A stretch of 64,000 nt of DNA from Alphaproteobacteria bacterium. Its GTDB lineage: Bacteria > Pseudomonadota > Alphaproteobacteria > Caulobacterales > Caulobacteraceae. A program made the translations under genes and the position numbers. How positions within the stretch are numbered: the first letter of the stretch is position 1; each line of letters begins with the position of its first letter. Below the pieces are notes generated by a model that had not been told where the DNA came from, made no database searches, and worked only from the letters and a program-made list of their open reading frames with translations. The stretch spans positions 50,060 through 114,059 of the forward strand of contig JAYTFM010000020.1 in the NCBI GenBank assembly GCA_043734425.1. The letters run 5' to 3'. Of the stretch, positions 1 through 10,180 are shown in pieces.

Positions 1-186
1 GAACTGCTTTCGGTGGTGATCCAGGTGGCCTGGTTCAAGCGCACCGGCCGGCGGATTTTCCTGATGGCGCCGATCCACCACCATTTCGAACGATTGGGCT
101 GGTCGGAATCGACCATCGTGATCCGCTTCTGGATCGTCTCGATCATGCTGGCCCTGCTGGGCTTGGCCACCCTCAAGCTCCGCTAG
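1..186 (+). CDS. mraY: Phospho-N-acetylmuramoyl-pentapeptide transferase, 3' end (partial)
   Basis: Frame 1 reads [30 protein letters not shown]...TLKLR*; MAPIHHHFE is the MraY signature; directly upstream of murD. Confidence 0.97.
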   Translation, partial: ELLSVVIQVAWFKRTGRRIFLMAPIHHHFERLGWSESTIVIRFWIVSIMLALLGLATLKLR

Positions 187-205
187 GGGAGGGCGCGCGC
201 CACAG

Positions 206-1621
206 ATGATCGGCGTTACGGGATTTGAGGGCAGGACGGTGGCGGTGTTCGGGCTCGCCCGCACTGGCTTGGCCGCCGCGCGCGCGCTGATCGCCGGCGG
301 GGTTCAAGTGGCGCTCTGGGATGACAAGCCGGCTTCGCGGGACACCGCCGTGGCCGAGGGACTGACCCTCACTGACCTCGCCACCGCCGACTGGTCACAG
401 TTCGCCGCCCTGATGCTGTCGCCCGGAGTTCCGCTGACCCACCCGACGCCGCACTGGACGGTTGAGCGCGCGCGCGCCGCCGGCGTCGAGATTCTGGGTG
501 ATGTGGAGCTGTTTGCGCGCACCGTGAACGCCGCGCCGGACCACAAGCGGCCCAAGGTCGTCGCCATCACGGGCACGAATGGAAAGTCGACCACCACCGC
601 GCTGATCGGACACATCTGCGCTCAGGCGGGTCGCGACACGCGGATCGGCGGCAACATCGGCTATGGCGTCCTGGGCCTCGAACCTATGCATGGCGGGGCG
701 GTCTATGTGCTGGAACTGTCGTCCTACCAACTGGACCTCACGCACAGTCTCAAGGCCGACGTCAGCGTCATCCTCAACATCTCTCCGGATCACCTGGATC
801 GGCATGGCGGCATGGACGGCTATGTCGCCGCCAAGCGGCGCATCCTGGCCAATCAGGGCATGGGCGACACGGCCGTCATTGGGGTGGATGACGCCTGGGG
901 CCAGCAGATCTGCACCGAGATCACGGCGGCGAACCGGCGCGCAATTGTGCCGATCTCGGCGTCCAAGGCCATTGGCCGCGGCGTCTATGTTCTAGATGGC
1001 CTGCTATACGATGCGTCCGGTGGGCGCGCGGTGCAGGTCGCGGACCTAAAGCGTGCCAGGTCTCTGCCCGGGCGGCACAATGGCCAGAACGCGGCAGCGG
1101 CCTTCGCCGCCGCGCGCGGCCTGGGTATTCCCGCCAACCAGGTCGCGCGCGCGCTGCTGACCTTTCCCGGCCTGGCGCACCGGATGGAGACCGTTGGCGT
1201 CGTCGGCAAGGTGCGCTTCGTCAATGACTCCAAGGCCACCAACGCCGATGCCGCGCGACAAGCGTTGTCGAGCTATCCGACGGTCTATTGGATTGCTGGA
1301 GGCCAGTCCAAGGCTGGCGGCATCGAGAGTCTTGCGGATCTGTTCCCGCGCGTCGCCAAAGCCTATCTGATCGGTGATGCGCAGGACGAATTCGCGAGGG
1401 TTCTGGCGGACAAGACACCGACGCAGCGTTGCGGCGTGATCGAGACGGCTGTGAACCAGGCCTATGCCGATGCCGCCGCCAGCGGGCAGGAGGCGATCGT
1501 GCTGCTGTCGCCCGCCGGCGCATCCTTTGACCAGTTCGCGGATTTCGAAGCGCGGGGCGAGGCCTTCCGCGCTGCCGTTGGCAATCTCGCCCAGAGTCAA
1601 ACCCGAAGGGGCGCTGCATGA
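206..1621 (+). CDS. murD: UDP-N-acetylmuramoyl-L-alanine--D-glutamate ligase
   Basis: GTNGKSTT P-loop, ELSSYQL, DHLDRH, NDSKATN, LLSPAGASFDQF; dcw context. Confidence 0.97.
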   Translation: MIGVTGFEGRTVAVFGLARTGLAAARALIAGGVQVALWDDKPASRDTAVAEGLTLTDLATADWSQFAALMLSPGVPLTHPTPHWTVERARAAGVEILGDVELFARTVNAAPDHKRPKVVAITGTNGKSTTTALIGHICAQAGRDTRIGGNIGYGVLGLEPMHGGAVYVLELSSYQLDLTHSLKADVSVILNISPDHLDRHGGMDGYVAAKRRILANQGMGDTAVIGVDDAWGQQICTEITAANRRAIVPISASKAIGRGVYVLDGLLYDASGGRAVQVADLKRARSLPGRHNGQNAAAAFAAARGLGIPANQVARALLTFPGLAHRMETVGVVGKVRFVNDSKATNADAARQALSSYPTVYWIAGGQSKAGGIESLADLFPRVAKAYLIGDAQDEFARVLADKTPTQRCGVIETAVNQAYADAAASGQEAIVLLSPAGASFDQFADFEARGEAFRAAVGNLAQSQTRRGAA

Positions 1622-2793
1622 CCCAGGCCAGCCAGGCGCACGCCTTCCCGAGATCCGATCGCTCCCCGCTCGGTGTCTGGTGGTGGACCGTCGATCGTTG
1701 GATGCTAGGGGTCGTGGCGCTCCTGATCGCGATTGGCGTGGTGATCTCGTTCGCCGCCAGCCCTGCGGCTGCCGCGCGGATGAACATATCAGACCCGTTT
1801 CATTTCGCCGTCCGGCAGTGCGTGTTCGCGGTCGGCGCGGCGGTGATCCTGATCAGCGTTTCGATGCTCGAGGTGCGAAACGTTCGCCGCGCGGCTTTTC
1901 TGATCTGGCTGGCCGCCATCGCCGTGATGATCGCCCTGCCGTTTATCGGCCACAACGCCAAGGGCGCCACGCGCTGGCTGGAATTCGGCGGCTTCACCTT
2001 TCAGCCCTCCGAATACATGAAGCCGGCCCTGGTGATCCTGGTCGCCTGGATGTTCGCCGAGGGCCAGAAGGGGCAAGGGGTGCCTGGGGTCTCGATCGCC
2101 TTCGTGCTCTACGCAATCTCGGTCGGGTTGCTGCTGATCCAGCCGGACGTCGGCCAGACGGTGCTGATCACGGTAGCCTTTGGCGCCGCCTTCTGGATGG
2201 CCGGCGTGCCGATGTCGTGGGTCATGCTGTTGGGCGCGGTCGCCAGCACGGGTCTGGCTTCAACCTATTTCCTGCTGCCACACGTGCATGCCAGGGTGGA
2301 CAAGTTCGTGTCGCCGGAGGGCGCGGATACAAAGCAGGTGGACGCCGCCGCTGTGGCGCAGGCGGCCGGCGGCCTGTTCGGGCGAGGGCCAGGCGAGGGC
2401 GTTATGAAGCGGCGCGTGCCGGATCTGCATACAGACTTTGCCGCCTCTGTGGGGGCCGAGGAATTCGGACTGGTGTTCCTATTGCTGGTGATCTCGCTCT
2501 ACGCCTTCGTCGTGGTGCGCGGGCTTTCGCGGGCGATGAAGCTGAACGACCCCTTCGAACAGGTCGCTGCGGCGGGGCTGTTCGTATTGGTCGGCCAGCA
2601 AGCGATCATCAATCTGGCGGTCAACCTCAATCTGATCCCGACCAAGGGCATGACCTTGCCGTTCATTTCCTATGGCGGCTCGTCGATGCTGGCCATGGGC
2701 CTGACCCTCGGGATGGCGCTGGCCCTGACCCGTCGCCGCCCAGGCGCCTATGACCATGGCGAAGGCCTCGCCAAGGCCGGCGCATTCGCCTGA
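1618..2793 (+). CDS. ftsW: SEDS peptidoglycan glycosyltransferase FtsW
   Basis: KGATRW, FQPSE, QPDVG, HTDF, PTKGMTLPFISYGGSS; about 10 TM segments. Confidence 0.96.
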   Translation: MTQASQAHAFPRSDRSPLGVWWWTVDRWMLGVVALLIAIGVVISFAASPAAAARMNISDPFHFAVRQCVFAVGAAVILISVSMLEVRNVRRAAFLIWLAAIAVMIALPFIGHNAKGATRWLEFGGFTFQPSEYMKPALVILVAWMFAEGQKGQGVPGVSIAFVLYAISVGLLLIQPDVGQTVLITVAFGAAFWMAGVPMSWVMLLGAVASTGLASTYFLLPHVHARVDKFVSPEGADTKQVDAAAVAQAAGGLFGRGPGEGVMKRRVPDLHTDFAASVGAEEFGLVFLLLVISLYAFVVVRGLSRAMKLNDPFEQVAAAGLFVLVGQQAIINLAVNLNLIPTKGMTLPFISYGGSSMLAMGLTLGMALALTRRRPGAYDHGEGLAKAGAFA

Positions 2794-3890
2794 TGACCGG
2801 CCGGGTCGCTGTCGTCGCCGCCGGAGGCACCGGCGGGCATCTGTTCCCGGCGCAGGCGCTCGCCGAGGCGCTGATCGCCCGTGGCTGGCGCATCGTGTTG
2901 GCCTCAGACGAGCGGGTTGCGGGTCTGGCGCAGGATTTCCCAGCGGAACAACGGATTGGCCTGTCGGCGGCGACCTTCCGGCGGGGTGATCCGATCGGGA
3001 TGCTGCGGGCCGGCGTCGCGGTGTTGCGCGGAACTCTCCAGGCGCGCGCTGCCTTCGCTCGGATCCGGCCTGCCGTTGTGGTCGGCTTCGGCGGCTATCC
3101 GTCATTCCCAGCCCTGGCCGCGGCCATCTTGGGCCGGCGACCGACCGTGATCCACGAACAGAATGCAGTGATGGGGCGGGCCAACCGGATGCTGGCCCCG
3201 CACGTCCGCGCCGTGGCCTGCGCATTCCCGACCCTGGTCAAGGCGCCCGGCGACGTGGCCGCGCACGCGGTGGTGGTGGGCAATCCCATCCGCCCGGCCA
3301 TCCGAGCGCTGGCGGACGCACCCTATCATCCCCCGGAGCCCGGCGGACCGATCCGCCTCCTGATCACCGGCGGCAGCCAGGGCGCGCGTCTGCTCTCCGA
3401 ACTGGTTCCTGCGGCGATCAAGGCCCTGCCGGAGGATCTGCGCCGCCGCCTGAAGGTGCAGCAGCAGACTCGTCCAGAATCCATGGACATCGCCCGGCGG
3501 ATCTATGCCGACGCGCTGGTCGAGGCTGAGATCGCGCCGTTCTTCCGAGACATGGCCAGCCGATTGCGGGACGCCCAGCTGGTCATCGGCCGGGCCGGCG
3601 CCGGCACGGTCTGCGAGTTCGCGGTGGCTGGCCGGCCCTCGATCCTGGTGCCGCTGGCCGCCGCCCTGGACGACGATCAGGGTCACAACGCCAAATACCT
3701 CGCCGACGCCGGCGGTGCGGAGATCGCCCGGGAACACCAGCTGACCGTCGACAGCTTGGCCGGCGCCCTGGCCAAGCTGCTGGGCAATCCGCCCCGGCTT
3801 GCGCGCATGGCGGCGGCGGCGCGCTCAGTGGCCATGCCGGACGCCGCAGAGCGCCTGGCGGATCTGGTAGAACGGACAGCCACCCGCTGA
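2793..3890 (+). CDS. murG: Undecaprenyl-PP-MurNAc-pentapeptide GlcNAc transferase
   Basis: GGTGGHLFPA, GFGGY, HEQN, GNPIR, GGSQGA motifs. Confidence 0.97.
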   Translation: MTGRVAVVAAGGTGGHLFPAQALAEALIARGWRIVLASDERVAGLAQDFPAEQRIGLSAATFRRGDPIGMLRAGVAVLRGTLQARAAFARIRPAVVVGFGGYPSFPALAAAILGRRPTVIHEQNAVMGRANRMLAPHVRAVACAFPTLVKAPGDVAAHAVVVGNPIRPAIRALADAPYHPPEPGGPIRLLITGGSQGARLLSELVPAAIKALPEDLRRRLKVQQQTRPESMDIARRIYADALVEAEIAPFFRDMASRLRDAQLVIGRAGAGTVCEFAVAGRPSILVPLAAALDDDQGHNAKYLADAGGAEIAREHQLTVDSLAGALAKLLGNPPRLARMAAAARSVAMPDAAERLADLVERTATR

Positions 3891-3949
3891 ACATTCGCCG
3901 GGGTGTCATGCGGGCTGGAATCCGCTAACCCAGGATCGGGGGACAGCGC

Positions 3950-5344
3950 ATGACCGATGACCTGATACCGTCGCAGCAGTTAGACGCATCCGACACGGCT
4001 TTTTTTGGCCATCCAAGAGGCCTCGGCTATATCGTCGCCGCCGAGGTCGGCCTGGCGTTCAGCTACTACGGCATCGTCAGCATCCTGACCCTTTACATGA
4101 CCCAGCAGTTGTTCACGCCGGGTCACATGGAAAACGTCTTCGGGTTCGCCGCCTACAGCCAGGCCATGCAGGGCATGTTTGGCAAGATGACGCCGCTGGC
4201 CTTGGCGTCGCAGACTTTCGGCCTGGTGACCGGCCTGAACTACGCCACGGCCATCGTCGGCGGCCTGCTGGGTGATCGTTGGATGGGCCAGCGGCGGGCG
4301 GTAATCACGGGCTTGGTCATCCAGACGCTGGGCTATGGACTGCTGATCACCGAGGCGGGATTTCTCATCGCCCTGGCCCTGGTGGTGATCGGCTCGGGCC
4401 TGGTGAAGACCAATCTGCTCGGCCAGATCGGCCGGCTCTACAGTCTCCATGACTCCCGGCGCACGCGCGCCTTCGGGTTCTTTCTGATCGCGGTCAATAT
4501 CGGCGGCTTCCTCACGCCGCTCGTCGTCGGCACACTCGGCGAAAAGGTCGGGTGGGCGCAGGGCCTGGCCGCCGCCGCAGTTGGGATCGTCAGCAGCCTG
4601 ACGATCTATCTGGCAGGTCGCAAACACCTGCCCAAGGACACGCACATCGCGGAGGCGGGCGTGAAGGTCCGCCCGCCTCCGTTGACCCGCACCGATGGCC
4701 GGGTCATCGCGGCCTTGGCGGTGATCCTGATCGCCTCCATCCTTAATGCCGGAACCTACAATCAGGCGTTCAACATCTTCCCGGTCTGGGCCAAGGCGCA
4801 TGTGGATCGGGCGGTGTTCGGGTTCGAGTTCCCGGTCACCTGGTTCAGCGCGCTGGATGGTGTCCTGACCATCGCCGGCATCGCCGTGGCGCTTCGGCTC
4901 TGGGCCTGGCAGGCCAAGCGCGGCGCCGAGCCAAAGGACTCCACGCGGGTCGCGATCGGGTGTTTGCTGACGTCAACGGCCTTTCTGATGCTGACCTTTG
5001 GCTCCATGGCGGCGGGCGACGGCAAGGTCGCGCTGATTGCACCCCTGGCGTTCTTCCTGCTGGCTGACGCGGCGCTTCCGTGGATCGACACGGTGATCCA
5101 GTCGCTGATTTCGCGGGTCGCGCCACCCGGTTTCACCACCACCATGCTGGGGATCTACTTTCTGACCTACACCGCCGGGAACTTCCTGGTGGGCACGCTG
5201 GGGCGCTTCTACGAAAGCATGTCGCCGGTCGCTTTCTGGGGAACGCATGCGGCGATCATTGCGGCGCCGGCGGTCCTGTTGATGCTCAGCGGCGGCTGGC
5301 TCAGCCGCCTGCTGACGCGGCCGGCGGAGGACGTCGTCGCGTGA
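3950..5344 (+). CDS. POT/PTR family oligopeptide MFS transporter with degenerate ExxER motif
   Basis: FFGHPRGL, FSYYG, GGLLGDRWMG, GSGLVKTN, VNIGG; about 14 TM segments. Confidence 0.88.
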   Translation: MTDDLIPSQQLDASDTAFFGHPRGLGYIVAAEVGLAFSYYGIVSILTLYMTQQLFTPGHMENVFGFAAYSQAMQGMFGKMTPLALASQTFGLVTGLNYATAIVGGLLGDRWMGQRRAVITGLVIQTLGYGLLITEAGFLIALALVVIGSGLVKTNLLGQIGRLYSLHDSRRTRAFGFFLIAVNIGGFLTPLVVGTLGEKVGWAQGLAAAAVGIVSSLTIYLAGRKHLPKDTHIAEAGVKVRPPPLTRTDGRVIAALAVILIASILNAGTYNQAFNIFPVWAKAHVDRAVFGFEFPVTWFSALDGVLTIAGIAVALRLWAWQAKRGAEPKDSTRVAIGCLLTSTAFLMLTFGSMAAGDGKVALIAPLAFFLLADAALPWIDTVIQSLISRVAPPGFTTTMLGIYFLTYTAGNFLVGTLGRFYESMSPVAFWGTHAAIIAAPAVLLMLSGGWLSRLLTRPAEDVVA

Positions 5345-5796
5345 CCTCTGCATTGGCGATCCCACATGACGCCGGCATCCGGTTCGAAGACGGTCGCGAT
5401 CATGGTCGCGTGTTGGTGTTCGGGCGTGACGCCGGCGGACGCTATGGCCTGATGACCTATGTCGTGGCGCCGCTTGTCGACGACGAGCCTGTCTCGTACG
5501 GCCCGCACCGCCATCGCGAGATAGAGGAGACGTTCCTCGTCCAACAAGGTCGCCTCGAGTTCTTGCTCGGAGACGACACCATTACGCTTGTGGTCGGCGA
5601 TTTCGTTCGCGTCCCGCCGGGCATGCGTCACGGCTACGCCAATCTGTCAGGTGAACCCGTCAACCTGCTGGTCAGTTTCCATCCTGGAGGGTTCGAAGAG
5701 CTGTTCGTGAAATACCGCACCGACGGCGGCGATCCGGCTGGAGGCGCAGGCTTTCTTGCCGAGGCGACGGAGCGCTTCGCGTCCGAGTTCGAGTAG
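5341..5796 (+). CDS. Cupin domain protein
   Basis: GTG start overlapping the upstream TGA (GTGA); [16 protein letters not shown] and [16 protein letters not shown] cupin motifs 1 and 2. Confidence 0.85.
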   Translation: MTSALAIPHDAGIRFEDGRDHGRVLVFGRDAGGRYGLMTYVVAPLVDDEPVSYGPHRHREIEETFLVQQGRLEFLLGDDTITLVVGDFVRVPPGMRHGYANLSGEPVNLLVSFHPGGFEELFVKYRTDGGDPAGGAGFLAEATERFASEFE

Positions 5797-5840
5797 ACCG
5801 CACGCTTTCCCACCCTCGCAATTCCGCCTATTCGATCCTC

Positions 5841-7256
5841 ATGACCCGACGCCCTGTCCCCTTCGAAATCGGCCCGGTGCACTTCATTGGCATCGGCGGC
5901 ATCGGCATGAGCGGCATCGCCGAGATCATGATGCGCACCGGCTATACGGTGCAGGGGTCCGACGCCAAGGCCAGCGCCAATACCGAACGGCTGGAGAAGC
6001 TGGGCGCCAAGGTGTTCATCGGCCATGACGCCTCCCACGTCGAAGGCGCTTATGCAGTGGTCTATTCGACGGCGGTGCAGGCCGACAATCCGGAGATGGT
6101 GGCTGCGCGGGAACGGCGCCTGCCGCTGGTTCGCCGGGCTGAGATGCTGGCCGAGCTGATGAGGTTGCAGTTCTCCGTGGCGGTGGGTGGCACGCACGGC
6201 AAGACCACCACCACCTCGATAATCGCCTCGTTGCTGGACGCCGGCGGGCTGGACCCCACGGTGGTCAATGGCGGGATCATCAACGCCTACGGCGCCAACG
6301 CCAAGGTCGGGACCGGCGACTGGATCATCGTCGAGGCCGACGAGAGCGACGGCACGTTCCTGAAACTGAAGTCCACCGCCGCCGTGGTGACAAACATCGA
6401 TCCCGAGCATCTGGACCACTACGGCGACTTCGAGGCGGTGAAAAAGGCCTTCCAGGATTTTGTCGAGAACATCCCGTTCTATGGCTTCGCGGCGATCTGC
6501 ACCGACCATCCGGAAGTCCAGGCGATGGCCGCCCGGGTCGAGAACCGGCGGCTGGTCACCTATGGCGTCAATCCCCAGGCTGAGGTGCGGGCCGAACAGA
6601 TCGCCATGGGGCCGGAGGGCGCGCGCTTTGACGTGGTGATCCGCCCGCGCGAGGGCGAACCTCTCCGCTATAAGGGCCTGAAGTTGCCGATGGCCGGCCG
6701 GCACAATGTGCTGAACTCGCTGGCCGCCGTGGCGGTGGCGCGCGAGCTGGGCCTGGACGAGGCGGCGATCCGCAAGGGCCTGGCGGAGTTCGGCGGCGTC
6801 AAACGGCGTTTCACCACCACCGGCGTCGCGAACGGGGTCCGGATTGTCGACGACTACGCCCACCACCCGGTCGAGATTGCCGCTGTCCTGAAAGCTGCGC
6901 GCGAGGTCGCTGGTGGAAAGGTGATCGCGGTGGTCCAGCCGCACCGCTATTCGCGCCTCAGCGACCTGTTCAACGAGTTCTGCGCCTGTTTCAATGACGC
7001 CGACGTGGTCATCGTCGCCGATGTCTATGCGGCCGGCGAAGCGCCCCTGGAGGGCATCGACCGCGACGGTCTGGTGTCAGGGCTCCGGCGCTATGGGCAC
7101 CGCCGCGTGCTGCCGCTGGACGCGCCGGCCGACCTGGCCGCCATCGTCCACGAGGAGGCCACATCCGGCGACGTCGTGGTGCTGTTGGGCGCGGGTGACA
7201 TCACAGCCTGGTCCTACGCGCTGCCGGATGAGCTGATGGCGCTGGGCGCGGCCTGA
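5841..7256 (+). CDS. murC: UDP-N-acetylmuramate--L-alanine ligase
   Basis: [42 protein letters not shown]. Confidence 0.97.
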   Translation: MTRRPVPFEIGPVHFIGIGGIGMSGIAEIMMRTGYTVQGSDAKASANTERLEKLGAKVFIGHDASHVEGAYAVVYSTAVQADNPEMVAARERRLPLVRRAEMLAELMRLQFSVAVGGTHGKTTTTSIIASLLDAGGLDPTVVNGGIINAYGANAKVGTGDWIIVEADESDGTFLKLKSTAAVVTNIDPEHLDHYGDFEAVKKAFQDFVENIPFYGFAAICTDHPEVQAMAARVENRRLVTYGVNPQAEVRAEQIAMGPEGARFDVVIRPREGEPLRYKGLKLPMAGRHNVLNSLAAVAVARELGLDEAAIRKGLAEFGGVKRRFTTTGVANGVRIVDDYAHHPVEIAAVLKAAREVAGGKVIAVVQPHRYSRLSDLFNEFCACFNDADVVIVADVYAAGEAPLEGIDRDGLVSGLRRYGHRRVLPLDAPADLAAIVHEEATSGDVVVLLGAGDITAWSYALPDELMALGAA

Positions 7257-7269
7257 TGGCGCGCGCTGA

Positions 7270-7394
7270 CCTTTTCCCTCCCCTTGATGGGGAGGGCGAC
7301 TCGCGAAGCGAGCGGGGTGGGGCAGGGGATTCCACTTTCCCCACCCGTCCCAGGCTTCGCCCGGTCCACCCTCCCCACAAGGGGGAGGGAAAGG
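7270..7394. repeat. Intergenic palindromic element, CCCTCCCC family, copy 1
   Basis: Terminal IRs CCTTTTCCCTCCCC...GGGGAGGGAAAGG; internal blocks shared with 39056-39201. Confidence 0.85.
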
Positions 7395-7413
7395 GCGCGC
7401 GTGGGCTAGCGCC

Positions 7414-8313
7414 ATGACCGACTGGTGCGACCATCTCCCCCGCGTCCGGGGCCGGCTGCTGCGCGACGAGCCGCTGGGCCCGTTCACCTGGTTCCGGGTG
7501 GGCGGCGCGGCGGACGTGCTGTTCCTGCCGGCCGACGATGAGGATTTGCAGGCGTTCCTCGCGAACCTGCCCTCAACGGTCCCGGTCACCGTGCTGGGCG
7601 TCGGCTCCAACGTCATCATCCGTGACGGTGGGGTGGCGGGCGTGGTGATCCGCCTGGCGGGGCGCGCCTTCGCAGGTATCGAAATCGCGGGGGACCAGAT
7701 CACGGCGGGCGCGGCGGCGCTGGACGCCGCTGTGGCGCGGGCGGCGGCAAAGGCGGGGCTGGCGGGCCTGGAATTCTATGCCGGCATCCCCGGAACCCTC
7801 GGCGGCGCCCTGACCATGAATGCAGGCTGCTATGGCGCGGAGACCAAGGATGTGATGCTCAGCGCCTGGGGACTTGATCGGTCCGGCGCGCGGCGCGAAT
7901 TCCACATTGCCGACTTCGGCTACACCTATCGCCACAGCGAGGCGCCGGCCGACATCATCTGGGTCGAGGCGACCTACCAGGGCCAGCCGGACGACCCCGC
8001 TGCCGTCCAGGCCCGCATGGACGAGATCACCGCTCGCCGCGAAACCACCCAGCCGATCCGCGAGAAGACCGGCGGCTCGACCTTCAAGAACCCACCCGGC
8101 CATTCGTCCTGGAAGTTGGTGGATGAAGCCGGCTGGCGCGGCAAGCCGTTCGGTGGCGCGATGTTCTCGCCGCTGCACGCCAATTTCATGATCAACACCG
8201 GCGAGGCGACGGCGGCGGATCTGGAAGGGCTGGGCGAGGCGGTGCGGGCGGATGTGTTGGGCAAGACCGGGATAGAGCTTCAGTGGGAGATCAAGCGAAT
8301 CGGGCGAGCTTGA
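7414..8313 (+). CDS. murB: UDP-N-acetylenolpyruvoylglucosamine reductase
   Basis: [41 protein letters not shown]. Confidence 0.97.
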   Translation: MTDWCDHLPRVRGRLLRDEPLGPFTWFRVGGAADVLFLPADDEDLQAFLANLPSTVPVTVLGVGSNVIIRDGGVAGVVIRLAGRAFAGIEIAGDQITAGAAALDAAVARAAAKAGLAGLEFYAGIPGTLGGALTMNAGCYGAETKDVMLSAWGLDRSGARREFHIADFGYTYRHSEAPADIIWVEATYQGQPDDPAAVQARMDEITARRETTQPIREKTGGSTFKNPPGHSSWKLVDEAGWRGKPFGGAMFSPLHANFMINTGEATAADLEGLGEAVRADVLGKTGIELQWEIKRIGRA

Positions 8314-8368
8314 CCCGAGGCCCGCGCTCCGTCACCGCCAACACAGCCGCCAGCTCTCCGAGTCGCCC

Positions 8369-9343
8369 ATGACCACGCCCCTCTCCGGACACCACGTCGC
8401 GGTCCTCCTCGGCGGCTTGTCCTCCGAGCGCGAGGTCAGCCTCGTCTCGGGCGCCGCCTGCGCCGCCGCCCTGGAGCGGCTGGGCGCCAGGGTCAGCCGC
8501 GTCGACGCCGGACGCGATCTGGCCCAGGTGCTGGCGAAGCTGAGGCCTGACGTCTGTTTTAACGCCCTGCACGGGGCCTGGGGCGAGGACGGTTGCGTCC
8601 AGGGCGTGCTGGAAACCCTTGGGGTTCCCTACACCCACTGCGGCGTGCTGGCCTCGGCCCTGGCGATGGACAAGGCCAAGTCCAAGGCGGTGCTGGCGGC
8701 GGCCAAGGTCGTGGTGCCGGGCGGCGGGCTCTACAACCGCTTTCAGGCCGCCGCCGACCACGTCATGCCGCCGCCCTATGTGGTCAAGCCCAACGCCGAA
8801 GGATCCTCGGTCGGCGTCTTCCTGGTGTTCGAAGGCGCCAACAGTCCGCCGCAGGAGATCGTCGCCCCCTCCTGGACGTTCGGCGAAGAGGTGATGATCG
8901 AGCCCTACATCCGGGGCTTGGAGCTGGCGGTCGGTGTGATGGACGGCAAGGCTATGACCGTCACCGAGATAATTCCGCGCACAGGTTTCTATGACTATGA
9001 CGCCAAGTATGCCGAAGGGGGCTCGCAGCACATCGTCCCGGCCCGAATTCCTCAACATGCCTTTGAAAAGGCGCTGAAACTCTCGGAGATGGCCCATGCG
9101 GCATTGGGTTGCCGAGGCGTTACCCGTTCGGACCTGCGTTATGACGACATTAACGACGTTCTGGTTCTTCTGGAGGTCAATACCCAGCCTGGGATGACAC
9201 CCACCTCTCTGGTTCCGGAGCAGGCGGCCGCCCAAGGCGTGGATTTTGATCGTTTGGTGCTTTGGATCACGGAGGACGCCTATGCCCGCGGCGCGGGGGG
9301 GATCGCGAGCATCGGCGAAACCTCGGGTCAAGGCTCCCGCTAA
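8369..9343 (+). CDS. ddl: D-alanine--D-alanine ligase
   Basis: [42 protein letters not shown]. Confidence 0.97.
   Translation: MTTPLSGHHVAVLLGGLSSEREVSLVSGAACAAALERLGARVSRVDAGRDLAQVLAKLRPDVCFNALHGAWGEDGCVQGVLETLGVPYTHCGVLASALAMDKAKSKAVLAAAKVVVPGGGLYNRFQAAADHVMPPPYVVKPNAEGSSVGVFLVFEGANSPPQEIVAPSWTFGEEVMIEPYIRGLELAVGVMDGKAMTVTEIIPRTGFYDYDAKYAEGGSQHIVPARIPQHAFEKALKLSEMAHAALGCRGVTRSDLRYDDINDVLVLLEVNTQPGMTPTSLVPEQAAAQGVDFDRLVLWITEDAYARGAGGIASIGETSGQGSR
9139..9154 (+). promoter_or_regulatory. CtrA box of the ftsQA promoter, embedded in ddl
   Basis: TTAT-GACGACA-TTAAC matches TTAA-N7-TTAAC with 1 mismatch, about 130 bp upstream of ftsQ; the Caulobacter ftsQA promoter is known to be CtrA-activated and to lie in ddl. 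Confidence 0.75.
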
Positions 9344-10169
9344 GGCGCCGCGCACGGCGCCGGCCAGGACGCGCGCTTCGTCCGGTCCAAAAATCTCCGC
9401 CGCCGGTGTCGTCGCCATTGCGCTGGGCGTGCTGGCGCTGACGGCGAGCGTCGCCCTGGGCACGGGCGGACGGGGACAACGGCTGGTCGAGACCGCGCGC
9501 GCCGGAATTGACGGCCGCTTTGCTCAGGTAGGCTTCCGACTCCGGACAATCCATGTCGAGGGCGCCTCGCGTCTGGCCGAGGCCGACATCCTGCGCGCCG
9601 CCCAGGCTCACGTCGGTGAGCCGATGCTCGGCCTCGATCTGGACGATTTGCGCCAAGCTGTCCGCCGGGTCGGCTGGGTCAAGGACGCTCGGGTCGTTCG
9701 ACTGTTGCCCGACACCCTGGTGATCGCCGTTGAGGAGCGCCGCCAGCAGGCTGTCTGGCAGCATGCCGGCCGTAGCGTGGTGATCGATGATCACGGCGTG
9801 GTCATTCCAGAAGCTGACCCTGCGGATTTCGCCTCTCTGCCGCTGGTGGTCGGGGCCGGGGGCGCTGCGCACGCCTCGGAAGTGCTGCCGCTGCTGGCCC
9901 AGCGGCCGCGGCTGATCGGGCGCCTTGAGGCGCTGGTGCGGGTCGATGACCGTCGCTGGGACTTGCGCCTCAAGGATGGCTCCCTGATCCAGCTTCCCGC
10001 CGCTGAGGAAGAACATGCTCTGGCGCAGCTTGAGACCCTGGATCAACGCTCGCGAATCCTGGATCTGGGCTTCGAGCGCATCGATTTGCGCAATCCGGAG
10101 GTTGTCGCCGTTCGACCCCGCGCCATCGCCACCACAACACCAGGCGGCCCGGCCGCCGAGGGCGCGTAG
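9282..10169 (+). CDS. ftsQ: Cell division protein FtsQ
   Basis: ATG 9282 with GGAGG at 9271; basic tail, one TM, POTRA ([22 protein letters not shown]), RRWDL, IDLR; overlaps ddl by 62 nt. Confidence 0.92.
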   Translation: MPAARGGSRASAKPRVKAPAKAPRTAPARTRASSGPKISAAGVVAIALGVLALTASVALGTGGRGQRLVETARAGIDGRFAQVGFRLRTIHVEGASRLAEADILRAAQAHVGEPMLGLDLDDLRQAVRRVGWVKDARVVRLLPDTLVIAVEERRQQAVWQHAGRSVVIDDHGVVIPEADPADFASLPLVVGAGGAAHASEVLPLLAQRPRLIGRLEALVRVDDRRWDLRLKDGSLIQLPAAEEEHALAQLETLDQRSRILDLGFERIDLRNPEVVAVRPRAIATTTPGGPAAEGA

Positions 10170-10180
10170 AAAGACTCAGA

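Noticed and set aside
7201-7434. Small ORFs translated from palindromic repeats (also 19455-19736, 30135-30356, 39072-39644, 48364-48603)
   Set aside because: Products of repeat sequence with no independent coding evidence
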